A DNA stretch of 64,000 bases from an uncultured bacterium (lineage in GTDB: Bacteria; Verrucomicrobiota; Verrucomicrobiia; Limisphaerales; UBA8199): NCBI GenBank assembly GCA_963749495.1, contig CAVVMW010000004.1, forward strand, positions 160,001 through 224,000, written 5' to 3'. A program made the translations under genes and the position numbers. This document shows, in pieces, positions 39,754 through 48,686 of the stretch. Positions within the stretch are counted from its first letter, which is position 1, and each line of letters starts with the position of its first letter. A model generated the notes under the pieces. It saw only the letters and a list, made by a program, of their open reading frames with translations. It was not told the origin of the DNA and made no database searches.

Positions 39754-40444
39754 TTTTCCCCTTTGTCGCATCGCCGGTTTGTCGCGGGCTCAGGCAGTGC
39801 CCTCGCAACAACTTCAAGCACTGGGCGAGCATTCGACCGTCTTTGCCATTTGCAAACGCGGTGTACTTTTCTTGCTTCTGCCGAGCGAACGGGTTGATGA
39901 TCGTGAGAAACTTTTCCGATACATCACGGCCAATTAGGACGGTCATTTTCACACTATTGTTCTCGCTCGTGAGGAACTTCTCCGGTGCACGGCCAATGGA
40001 GGGGAACCCCAGATCTGGAATGGCGGCGATGAGAAACGCGCCCGCCGCTGGGGTCTTGCAGCCCGTAGGGCAGTTCCGCTGGTCAGTAAGCCGTTCCCCG
40101 CAGCCTGGGCAAAAGGGGCCGTCCAAGAATTGGTCGTAAACACTCAAGATCGCTAAATAGGATGGAACACTACGTTGGGCGTGCAGGCCAATTAGCGTGG
40201 TGGACATCGGGTCGAACAAATCCCCAGGGTACAAGCCGCAGCACTGGCCGATGCAAGACGCAGGTACGGCGGTCATGCCAGCGCCTGAATCAACCAACCC
40301 CCACCACTCTTGCAGGGCCCTGGTCTGTCCGTTCTGCTGACAAAAGCGAAATCCAACCTTCATGGTGGGATGGTTGCCATTGACGGCTGACGGCCTTTGC
40401 GCGATCAGGACTTCTGTGGGCGTGTGACGACACCAGACTCTCAT
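39740..40444 (-). CDS. retropepsin-like (clan AA) aspartyl protease with inserted 4-Cys zinc ribbon
   Basis: LVDSGAGMTAV catalytic motif, VLIGRD motif, CPGC-X9-CPTGC insertion; GAGGAGG RBS. Confidence 0.72.
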   Translation of the reverse strand: MRVWCRHTPTEVLIAQRPSAVNGNHPTMKVGFRFCQQNGQTRALQEWWGLVDSGAGMTAVPASCIGQCCGLYPGDLFDPMSTTLIGLHAQRSVPSYLAILSVYDQFLDGPFCPGCGERLTDQRNCPTGCKTPAAGAFLIAAIPDLGFPSIGRAPEKFLTSENNSVKMTVLIGRDVSEKFLTIINPFARQKQEKYTAFANGKDGRMLAQCLKLLRGHCLSPRQTGDATKGKRSVL

Positions 40445-40465
40445 GATCGCATCCTCCTCTTTAAC

Positions 40466-41128
40466 TCAAAGCCCGATTGTAAACATCTCGCAGATTTGTT
40501 CCTCCTTTTTCGGTGGGACGTACAGAACGGGTGACTTGATACCACGTTCGCACAAGGCCTGCCCCACTGCCGAGCGGCTGGGGCCGTGCGCGACAACGGT
40601 GCCACCCTTCACAGCGAGCCATTGGTCCGCACCATAGATGCGCCGCCAGTCGGGTTCAAAGTTCTCCAGCAGTTTTAAGTCGACAGAGAGATCATCTGGC
40701 GCACGCAGCTCAGCCACCTCCAACCCGCTGGCGAGTTTCGTGGGGTGTATGCCCAAAATCTCGGCAATGCGAACTTGAACGGCATCTAGGAAGTAGCTGT
40801 CAATGGGGTCACCAACCGCGCTCTTCAGTGCGTCCCGTGTGAGCGGCTTGCCAACAAGGACGACCAACGGCCCTATATGGCAAGCTCCGAAGCAGAGTCC
40901 CGGTGATTCCTGACCGATGCCCCCGGCACGCCAAGTGACTGACTTTCCCGACTTGCTGGCGATCGCCGAAAGGATGGTTTGGCGGTGTTCCGTGATCAGT
41001 GTTTCGGCCGCCGCCTCTCCGGAGACTAAATGGCCTTCAACCAAGTCGTAAAGATGCACCACCATGCACTCAAATGGACGATGTGCGAGCGCCTCATAGA
41101 TGCGCTGCTTGACGGAATTCTGATTCAT
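40466..41128 (-). CDS. two-domain protein with C-terminal DUF5678-like domain
   Basis: YGADQWLAVKGGTVVAHGPSRSAV...PVLYVP; ATGA-coupled to the receiver gene. Confidence 0.62.
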   Translation of the reverse strand: MNQNSVKQRIYEALAHRPFECMVVHLYDLVEGHLVSGEAAAETLITEHRQTILSAIASKSGKSVTWRAGGIGQESPGLCFGACHIGPLVVLVGKPLTRDALKSAVGDPIDSYFLDAVQVRIAEILGIHPTKLASGLEVAELRAPDDLSVDLKLLENFEPDWRRIYGADQWLAVKGGTVVAHGPSRSAVGQALCERGIKSPVLYVPPKKEEQICEMFTIGL

Positions 41129-41598
41129 ACTCTAGTGTCGCCTTGGAAAAAGAGCTTGATGCGTTCCGCCACCAGCCAGGGTCTTTCCGGTTTGAGCCAG
41201 GATTCTTGGACCCGCAACGACACGAGTTCCTTCTGAGTATCTTCGTCTGGAACACAAGTCAAAACGAAGACGGGAACCTTGGCGGACACCCCTTTCTGGG
41301 CAAACTCGCCCTGCCGAATCTGACGGAGGAGTTCCATCCCCTTCCAACGGCAGGTGCTCTGGCTCTGCTGCGAAAGGGGTTGGGGCAGGTCGTCCGGCAG
41401 GATAAGGTCCAAGACGACGCCTGTGTAAGCGAGTTCACCCAATCTCCTCGCGGCCCCCCCTGCGGTCCGGGCGATTTCCACCTTAAAATCACGTTTGACC
41501 AACTGCTCTTCCAGAGCTTGAGAAGCCGGCGACTCATCCTCGATCAACAAAATCGTGCCGAGGCCGGGGGAGGGTCCTAGCGGGCTGTTAGCATTCAT
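41125..41598 (-). CDS. single-domain response regulator receiver
   Basis: ILLIEDE, VVLDLILP, KGMELL, VFVLT, WLKP. Confidence 0.88.
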   Translation of the reverse strand: MNANSPLGPSPGLGTILLIEDESPASQALEEQLVKRDFKVEIARTAGGAARRLGELAYTGVVLDLILPDDLPQPLSQQSQSTCRWKGMELLRQIRQGEFAQKGVSAKVPVFVLTCVPDEDTQKELVSLRVQESWLKPERPWLVAERIKLFFQGDTRV

Positions 41599-41599
41599 A

Positions 41600-41880
41600 T
41601 TAATTCTGCCTTCTCGGTAGGGTGACTGTGAACGTTACGATGTGGCCGTCTTGCGGGGATTGTCTTGCGGGATCGTTCAGGAATGGGACACTCGAAACCT
41701 CGATTTTGCCACGATGCGCTTGCACGATCTTGCTCACGATCTTCAGCCCGATGCCAGTGCCGGGCACGAAACGTGTCCGGTCATCAACAACCCTGCGTTT
41801 GAACACCTGCTCGAAAATCAACTCATGATATTCAAGTGGAATGCCGGTACCCCTATCTTGGATGGAGAACTTCCATTGAA
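41600..41880 (-). pseudogene. C-terminal HATPase_c remnant of a histidine kinase
   Basis: IQDRGTGIP, IFE, GTGIGLKIV, HRGKIEV, FTVTLP; the N-terminal part is absent. Confidence 0.82.
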
Positions 41881-42525
41881 AGGAATTTGATCTTCGAGGC
41901 AACGCTCCTTCGTTGCCGCTGCGCGGGTCGAGGTGAATTGGTCTTGTGTCCCGCTCATTCGGGCTTCATCCTGCCACAGGGGGGAGGAGGATGTCAAGAC
42001 GGTCTTTGGCCGTCTTTTGGCGGTTTTTGGCGGTTTTCGCCCAGCGAATGGGCGTTGAGCTGCGGCCGGTCGCCCCATTCGTTCTCTCGTCCAATTCCAG
42101 GTAGTGGGGGTGCCATCCCCCGGCGCGCCCAGCGCCAAATTGGAAAGCACGATGTCCCCTTGCTCCTGGTCGCGGCTCCAGAAGACGATCGGCACTGGCT
42201 CAGGAAAACCAAACCGAATCGGCTGCTCCACAAGTTCCTGGCAGGAAATAGTCATCTGCAGGATTCGCTCCTGGTCTCTCGCATTTGCTCGGGTTGGTTG
42301 AGTGTGATGAACAGGGTCTTAAAAACGGCAGTTGCCTTCGAGGACAATCTTCCTGCAAGCCCTCAACGGCGTCAACGGTCTCAGCGGTCGGACCCGGCAG
42401 TTTCAGTTGCATAAACCTCCAGGTCCGCCACGCTCATCTGGGCATTTCAACAGGAATGCGCTGCTTTTGTCGCAGACGGCTCGCCGCCTTCCCCTTCTGA
42501 ACCGTCCATGATAATCATGCTTATT

Positions 42526-42601
42526 TAACCGCAGAGAGTGCAAAGGACGCAAAGAAGGAAGAACCGGCTGCTCTTTGTGTTCTCTGCGTTCTTTGCGGTT
42601 G
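42526..42601. repeat. imperfect inverted repeat of 9-mer units downstream of rtcB
   Basis: AACCGCAGAGAGTGCAAAGGACGCAAAGA ... TCTTTGTGTTCTCTGCGTTCTTTGCGGTT. Confidence 0.75.
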
Positions 42602-42611
42602 AATTGGCTAA

Positions 42612-44006
42612 TCAGTCCTCAGGCCGTTCTCCTGCGGGCGCCATCTTCACGAGCTTGGGATCAAACTGGCCCAGGACGGTGACGAGGTCGCTCTGGGCGG
42701 CCATGACCTGATGGATGTTCTTGTACACCATGGGCACTTCATCCAGACCGGCGGAAATCAGCGTCACCCCTTGCTGACGCAGGAAGCGGTTGGCGTCCTT
42801 CCAGTTGAACTTTTCCTTCGCGGCCTTGCGGCTCATGACGCGGCCCGCCCCATGGGCAGCGGAGTTCAGGGATTCGGCGTTGCCTTTGCCGGCCACGACG
42901 AAGCCCGGCGACGCCATCGAACCGGGAATGATCCCCAGCATGCCCTGGCCGGCCGGTGTGGCGCCCTTGCGATGCACAATCACCTCACGTTCGACTCCGT
43001 TAATCACGTGCCGTTCTTTCCAGGCGAAGTTGTGATGGTTCTCGAGGTCCAGCAGCACCTCCGCGCCGAGGTTGGCCGCGACATATTTGTGGATCAGGGC
43101 GTGATTGGCGGCGGCGTAACGGCCCATTAACTCCATCGCCGCCCAGTATTCCTGGCCCTCTTGCGAATCCAGGGACAACCAGGCCAGCCGCTTGAGCTCG
43201 CTCGGCAAATCCGGGAACTGGCTGAAGGCGATTCTGCTGTAATAATCGCAAACCGCCGCTCCCGTGCCACGGCTGCCGCTATGCGAAAGCAGAGCAACAT
43301 AGGTCCCCGGCTCCAGGTCGCGAATGGCTCCATGAGCCGTGAAGAGGCCGAATTCCACAAAGTGGTTCCCGCTGCCGCTGGTGCCGAGCTGCAACCAGGC
43401 CCGGTCCTTGTTCTGTTGGGTGACGGGACTGCCGTTCCAATCCGCATCCATCACCTCATGATGACGGCGCTCCCTGAAGTTGGCGCCGACCCCAAAGCGG
43501 GTCTCGGCTTCAATCGCCCGGGTGAGCCAATCCCGGTGCCGTTCCAAGTCCCGCGCCGGGAGGTCCAGCACCGTCATCTTCATCCGGCAGGCAATGTCCA
43601 CGCCCACCGCATACGGAATGACCGTGTTCTCCGTGGCCAGCACTCCCCCAATCGGCAGACCGTAACCGACGTGGGCGTCCGGCATGAGGGCGCCCGCCAC
43701 CGCAACCGGCAGCAGGCAGGCCCGTTCCATCTGCATCACCGCCTCGTGTTCGAGACCCTCGCCCCATTGGCGGTATTTGATCGGCTCGCTCCGTGGCGGT
43801 GGCGGAGCCTTCAGCAGGGCCTTGGCAAATTCCCCGCGCAGGCTGTCGTTGGCGAAGGCAGATGGATTCGCGAGGACCGCTTTCACTTCCTCCTCCAGGC
43901 GGGTCTTGTCCCCGCCGGCGAGGATGAACTTGCTGATGAAATCGGTCGCCCGCCGGGTTGCCTCCCCCAGCGGCACGCCGAGACGGATAAAATCTTTTGT
44001 GTTCAT
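42612..44006 (-). CDS. rtcB: RNA ligase RtcB
   Basis: MPDAHVGYGLPIG, VGVDIAC, GTSGSGNHF, HSGSRG, NHHN, HRKGA, AHGAGR, DEVP. Confidence 0.95.
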   Translation of the reverse strand: MNTKDFIRLGVPLGEATRRATDFISKFILAGGDKTRLEEEVKAVLANPSAFANDSLRGEFAKALLKAPPPPRSEPIKYRQWGEGLEHEAVMQMERACLLPVAVAGALMPDAHVGYGLPIGGVLATENTVIPYAVGVDIACRMKMTVLDLPARDLERHRDWLTRAIEAETRFGVGANFRERRHHEVMDADWNGSPVTQQNKDRAWLQLGTSGSGNHFVEFGLFTAHGAIRDLEPGTYVALLSHSGSRGTGAAVCDYYSRIAFSQFPDLPSELKRLAWLSLDSQEGQEYWAAMELMGRYAAANHALIHKYVAANLGAEVLLDLENHHNFAWKERHVINGVEREVIVHRKGATPAGQGMLGIIPGSMASPGFVVAGKGNAESLNSAAHGAGRVMSRKAAKEKFNWKDANRFLRQQGVTLISAGLDEVPMVYKNIHQVMAAQSDLVTVLGQFDPKLVKMAPAGERPED

Positions 44007-44119
44007 AGGCTCTTGCGCGACGCGGCGCTCTCTTTTCGGTCCATCATGATCCAATGTGGCAAGGACAGCCTGGTTGCGCGAGCCGCATTTGGGGCTGCGG
44101 CGGTAGGGCCGCCATTGCT

Positions 44120-44462
44120 GGCGGCCCTACCCCTTTTTCGTCCTCGACGAACATCTCCCAGTCCTCGATACCGTGGGCATTCCGGATGAACGCCGAAATG
44201 GGCAACTCCCTCGGCGCACGGGGGATGGAAAGGAGCTTCAGGCCCGCCTCGTGCGGGAGGCGGTCGGCCTTGCGCCGGTTCACTTCCTTGGCCGACTAGG
44301 CCAGCTTCTCCCAGGCGTCCTCGCCACCACGCGAGCGCGGCACAACGTGGTCCAGGCTTCCCTCCTCCGGGCGCAGGATGCAGCCTGTGCATTGGCATCG
44401 ATTGCCGTCGCGTTGGCGAATGGCGCGGGCGCAGAGCCTCGGACGCTTCCTGGGCACCCTTG
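44120..44462 (-). pseudogene. HNH endonuclease remnant upstream of rtcB
   Basis: RDGNRCQCTG...SLDHVVPRSRGG...*SAKEVNRRKADRLP; TAG at 44296-44298 and no N-terminus. Confidence 0.8.
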
Positions 44463-44504
44463 TGCCACTCTCTGTCAAAATCTTCTTTTTGGAAAAACTC
44501 TTCG

Positions 44505-44566
44505 GCCACGGATTACGCGGATGGCACGGATAAAAGAAATCGGTGCCATCCGTGCCATCCGTGGTT
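44505..44566. repeat. inverted repeat of 9-mer units
   Basis: CCACGGATTACGCGGATGGCACGGAT ... GTGCCATCCGTGCCATCCGTGG. Confidence 0.75.
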
Positions 44567-44758
44567 AATTCCTTTCCCCGGTTGCGGCTTTGCCGCGCTG
44601 GCTAGTTTACCGCCACAATGGCGGTCGGCAAGCGGATTTGGCCACGAACGTTCTGCACCGCCTCGTCCTGGTCACGCATGGGCAGGGTGATCCACTTGAT
44701 CAATATACTACTCATAAAAGGTATTGCGTGTATCGTTCTACGTTGCTACCCATCACCC

Positions 44759-45403
44759 ATGACCAGATACGAAAAGGCTGCCCACAACAGGGAGACGGCT
44801 GCTTCCCTTAATGCAAAGTGGGGTGTTGGTGCGGTCCAGTGTCACTACAGGGAAACTGGCAATTGGTATCACAAGCTCAGCCGCTTTCCTGCCGCCCTAT
44901 TTGACGCTCACGGTTACATTCTGTTTCCAACAGAGGAGGCCTATCGGGCTTTGCCTGGGATTCAAACCGGCAAGGAAATCGGTGTTCCAAGGGGGATTTC
45001 GGCGCTACCCGGTTATATGCCCTTCCCAGACCTAGGCGCATCGCCCACCTGCGACTTGGACATTCACTCCGACGCAGCCACCGAGGGGCACAGGCGGCTG
45101 GTCCTGCACCTTGAGCGCGAGCGCAATCAAAATGTCGTGCGCGAAAAGAAGAAACACGCGGCGTCGTTTAACTGCGAGGTGTGCAACTTCTCTTTTGGTG
45201 CCGCATATGGCAGCGCCGCAAGGGACTATTGCAAGGTCCATCACTTGCTGCCATTGTCCGATGTCAAGCACAGCACCCGAACGCGACTGAAGGACCTCGC
45301 GATCCTGTGCGCTAACTGCCATCGCGTCGTTCATCTGCAAAACCCGCCTTACACCCTGGGACAAGTCAAGAGCATGCTGGAGGGCGGGCCGCTGGATGGT
45401 TGA
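44759..45403 (+). CDS. McrA-like HNH endonuclease (putative modification-dependent restriction)
   Basis: EG..RLVLH..RERN, CEVC, VHHLLPL, LCANCHRVVH. Confidence 0.8.
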   Translation: MTRYEKAAHNRETAASLNAKWGVGAVQCHYRETGNWYHKLSRFPAALFDAHGYILFPTEEAYRALPGIQTGKEIGVPRGISALPGYMPFPDLGASPTCDLDIHSDAATEGHRRLVLHLERERNQNVVREKKKHAASFNCEVCNFSFGAAYGSAARDYCKVHHLLPLSDVKHSTRTRLKDLAILCANCHRVVHLQNPPYTLGQVKSMLEGGPLDG

Positions 45404-45529
45404 GGGAGAAGGGAAGCCTCAGTGTGCATGCCGGTCCACTTGCGCAGATCTTTTCCACAACAGCCATTGGGCCGCGCGGTAAGGGCTCGTGCAAGAATTA
45501 ATTCCGGTTTTCTTGTCCGCAGGCTTAGC

Positions 45530-45627
45530 GAAAGCGCGGGAATGCCACGCACCCCAGACGCTTCGCGATTTCGCCGGCGCGTCCGGGCTTCGAGAAGCGT
45601 CTGAAGTGCGGCGCATCCCGCCGCTCT
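45530..45627. repeat. REP-like inverted repeat
   Basis: AAAGCGCGGGAATGCCACGCACCCCAGACGCTTC ... GAAGCGTCTGAAGTGCGGCGCATCCCGCCGCT. Confidence 0.65.
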
Positions 45628-46140
45628 CTTGTCGGCAGCTTCAGAATATTGGAATTGCGCCTCAATCCCGGTCTCTATTCTTGCATAGGCCCTAATTTGG
45701 TATCCTCGAAGTCATGCAAAACCTCCACAGCTATAGGGGCGCCGGAGCTTGCAGTCCGCCAGTTTTTAGGCGGGACGCGTGCATGTTTAGAGAGGCTTGA
45801 CTGGGCATGTGCCGATGGCTGGGGCTGCCGGCGCTTCTATCGATTCCATTGTCCGGGGCGGCCCAGGAGCCGCCCTCGCTGCTGCTCAACGGCGATTTCG
45901 AGCAAGGCGCCGAGGCCGGGGTGCCGTGCTGGAGTTTGCAGGTCTGGCCGGAGGCGGGAGCCCCCGGGTTGAACGGCGCGCTGGCGCGTTCCAACGCCCG
46001 TGCCCGGACGGGCCTATGGGGCCTGCGCATCGATGCGCAGCCGCTCCTGGGTGGAACTTAAGGCGCTGGTGGCACGCGCTGTTGAGGGACACGAGGTTCT
46101 TTGATCTTGCCCGAAGGCATATGGGGTTTAGAGTGCTGGT

Positions 46141-46371
46141 ATGAACGCTGTGGCAAAAAGGCAATTGTTGGAGCTCAGTGAAAAGCTGCCAGCCGAACAA
46201 GTCCGTGAAGTGGTTGATTTTGCGGAGTTCCTGGCTGCGAAGTCTGCTGCTGGCGTGCGGGCCGGCACCGTCAAAGGATCTAAGGCCCTGCGCCGATACA
46301 TCCGGGGCCTAAACAATGGCGCACTCTCCCGTGGCATTGACGAGGAGTTGTATGGCCGGGTTGTTTGTTGA
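46141..46371 (+). CDS. DUF2281-like antitoxin
   Basis: LPAEQVREVVDFAEFL motif; overlaps the downstream PIN toxin gene. Confidence 0.78.
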   Translation: MNAVAKRQLLELSEKLPAEQVREVVDFAEFLAAKSAAGVRAGTVKGSKALRRYIRGLNNGALSRGIDEELYGRVVC

Positions 46372-46777
46372 CACATGGGGCTGGCTGGCCGCACGCGACA
46401 AAGGCGATGCGGGGCACGGCGCAGCGGTAAGCGCGCTCGACAGCGCCTTGGCGGCCGAAGAGGCGGTGGTCACTACTGATTACGTTCTGGACGAGACGTT
46501 CACGTTGTTGTTCCGCCGGCTATCGGCTTCCAAGGCGAGGGAATCGGTGCAGTCTCTGGCCGCGGCGGTGGAGGAGGGCTCGGTCTTGCTCGTGCCTGTC
46601 AACCTGACCCGGTTCCGCGAGGCGTTGAAGCTGCGGTTGAAGTACAAGGACAAACCTGAGATCTCGTTTACGGATTTCACCTCCATGGTCGTCATGCGGG
46701 ACTTGGGGCTGAAGCGCGTGTTGACCGAAGATCGGCATTTCGCACAGGTCGGCATGGGCTTCGAGCGCGTGCCGTAA
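46352..46777 (+). CDS. vapC: PIN-domain toxin (VapC family)
   Basis: FVDTWGW, TTDYVLDET, SFTDFTS, LTEDRHF. Confidence 0.9.
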   Translation: MAGLFVDTWGWLAARDKGDAGHGAAVSALDSALAAEEAVVTTDYVLDETFTLLFRRLSASKARESVQSLAAAVEEGSVLLVPVNLTRFREALKLRLKYKDKPEISFTDFTSMVVMRDLGLKRVLTEDRHFAQVGMGFERVP

Positions 46778-47012
46778 ACCGCCTCGGTCAAAGCAGGGCC
46801 GTCCGGCTTGGCGGACGTTCGGTTCGAGGCCGCGGGAAATAGATTTCCGCGGCCTCGGCGGCTTTGGGCAGGATAGACAAGGCGACCCGAGCGGCTATGA
46901 TGGCGTGCATTCTTGGGCAAGCGTTGCGCATGGCGTCCGGTTTACCAACCCTCGAACCGGAAGGACAATCACTGACATCTCACCTGCGTCCGGCTGGCTT
47001 CCCGCGCTCCTC

Positions 47013-48686
47013 TCATAGAGGGCTATCCACACGCTTGAAGCGGCAGACGCGTTTTCCCATCGTGGCACCGGAAGCGTCCATCAGCTCCACCTTGGCTTCG
47101 TAGTCCCCAGGGGCCAGCGCGGCCGCCGGGAACAGAAACCGGCAGCCTGTCAGTGACGCCGGCACGACTAAAGTAATTCCTTCAGTCGAGGCGGGCGCCG
47201 CGCCAGCGACGAAAGGGGCGGTGAGCGCCAGGATGTTGCGGCCGCTGCCCGTAATGGTGAACCGCACCTGTTGCGGCCGCGCGCGTTTTGCGATGGTGAC
47301 CATGGCCTCGCCCACGCGGTCCTCCGCGTCATAGGCCGCTTGGTCGAGCGAAAGGCCCATGGCGGGCGGCACGACCTCTCTCAAGCTCAAGTCATCCACC
47401 CACAACGTGCCCATGCCCGGCAACCAGACGGCAAGGTAATTGGGCTGCGCCGGGCCGGTCGTCTCGAAGCGCATCCAAATGCGTCGCCACCCGTCAGGTT
47501 GCGCGGGGTCCTGCCCGGCCCGTGTGGAGCGGACGGCGGGCGACGGGATGTTCACGCGCAGCTCAGGCGGGGTGGAACGGTTCTTGAGCTTCACCCAGAC
47601 TGACATCTCGTAGGTCTTGTCGCCCGCCAGTGCCAGGTTGAGACCGCCCCCGCCCCACTGGGGCCACACGAGCACCGTGATGGCGGCGTCTCCGTTCTCG
47701 ACGGGCACGTCCACCCGCAGGGAACGGGTTCCGCTGTGGTGCTCCGCGGTGTCCAGCCGGCCAGTCCCTTTCCCTTTCCACGCCTCCACGCGCCACGGCC
47801 CCGCGTCCTTCTCGAAGTCCGAGGCCGGCAGGAACTCGGCGGCATAAGCCGGCGGCTCTGTGTCCTCACGTGCCCACTAGGCCCACTGGGCGATGCTCTG
47901 AGCGGCGGTGTGCCACCCGTAGAAGCCGAAGAAGAAGCGGGCGCCCGCGGGCGTGGGGCCGGCGCCGTTGTAGATGCCCCACGGTTTGCCGCGCTCCAGG
48001 AGCGCCCGCGCGAGATCCGGGTTCAACCGGTTGGAACATAAGTAGTCCACCACGGGCGACAGGCGGCCGATCTCGTCATGGCCCATGGCGATGCCGCCGC
48101 CGATGTCGGTGGTCGTGGGCAAGTCCGGCGCGCGGCGCTTGAGCAGGCCATAGTAATAGACTGCCTGCTCCAGCAGGAAGGGCCGCCACCGCCACGTGCG
48201 TGCCATGGCGTCCACGATTTCACGAACCGGCCGCGCCACCCGAACGTCCACCTGATCGGCCGGGATCACCGCACTGTCCCCGCTTCGCAGTGGGCCCGCC
48301 TGGACAGTGACCTGCGCCAGGTCCTCCAGCGGCCAAAACGCGAATGTGAGCGGCTCGTATTGGCCGCGCGCTGCAACGCAATGCACTGATTCGGTGCGCA
48401 GCGCCGCGGATGGCGCCGTCCTCAACAGCGCCGGCGCCATCGGGTCCAGGGCAAAAACAACAAACCCGCGTCGCTTTTCGTCCTCCGTCGGGGTCAGCGT
48501 GGCCAGCCCTTCGCTGGCTGGCTGCAACTCAGTCCAGTCCATCGGTGCCTTCGCCAGCATGGGGCCTTGGCTCCCCCATACCTGGAACTGCGCCGGTGGC
48601 TGACACACCGCGCCCGGCGCCAGACCCAGCAGAGAGGTGGCGACGGCAGCTAACTTTCGGGTTAAGTTGAGGGTCATCGTGCTCAT
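47013..48686 (-). pseudogene. secreted carbohydrate-active/binding protein with internal deletions and a stop/frameshift
   Basis: Signal peptide, AARGQYEPLTF segment, abrupt junctions, then a CBM-like segment (HSGTRSL...TLWVDDLSLRE). Confidence 0.55.

Noticed and set aside
41885..42500. IS/transposase that truncated the histidine kinase
   Set aside because: No DDE or HUH motif or terminal inverted repeats recognisable; left unannotated
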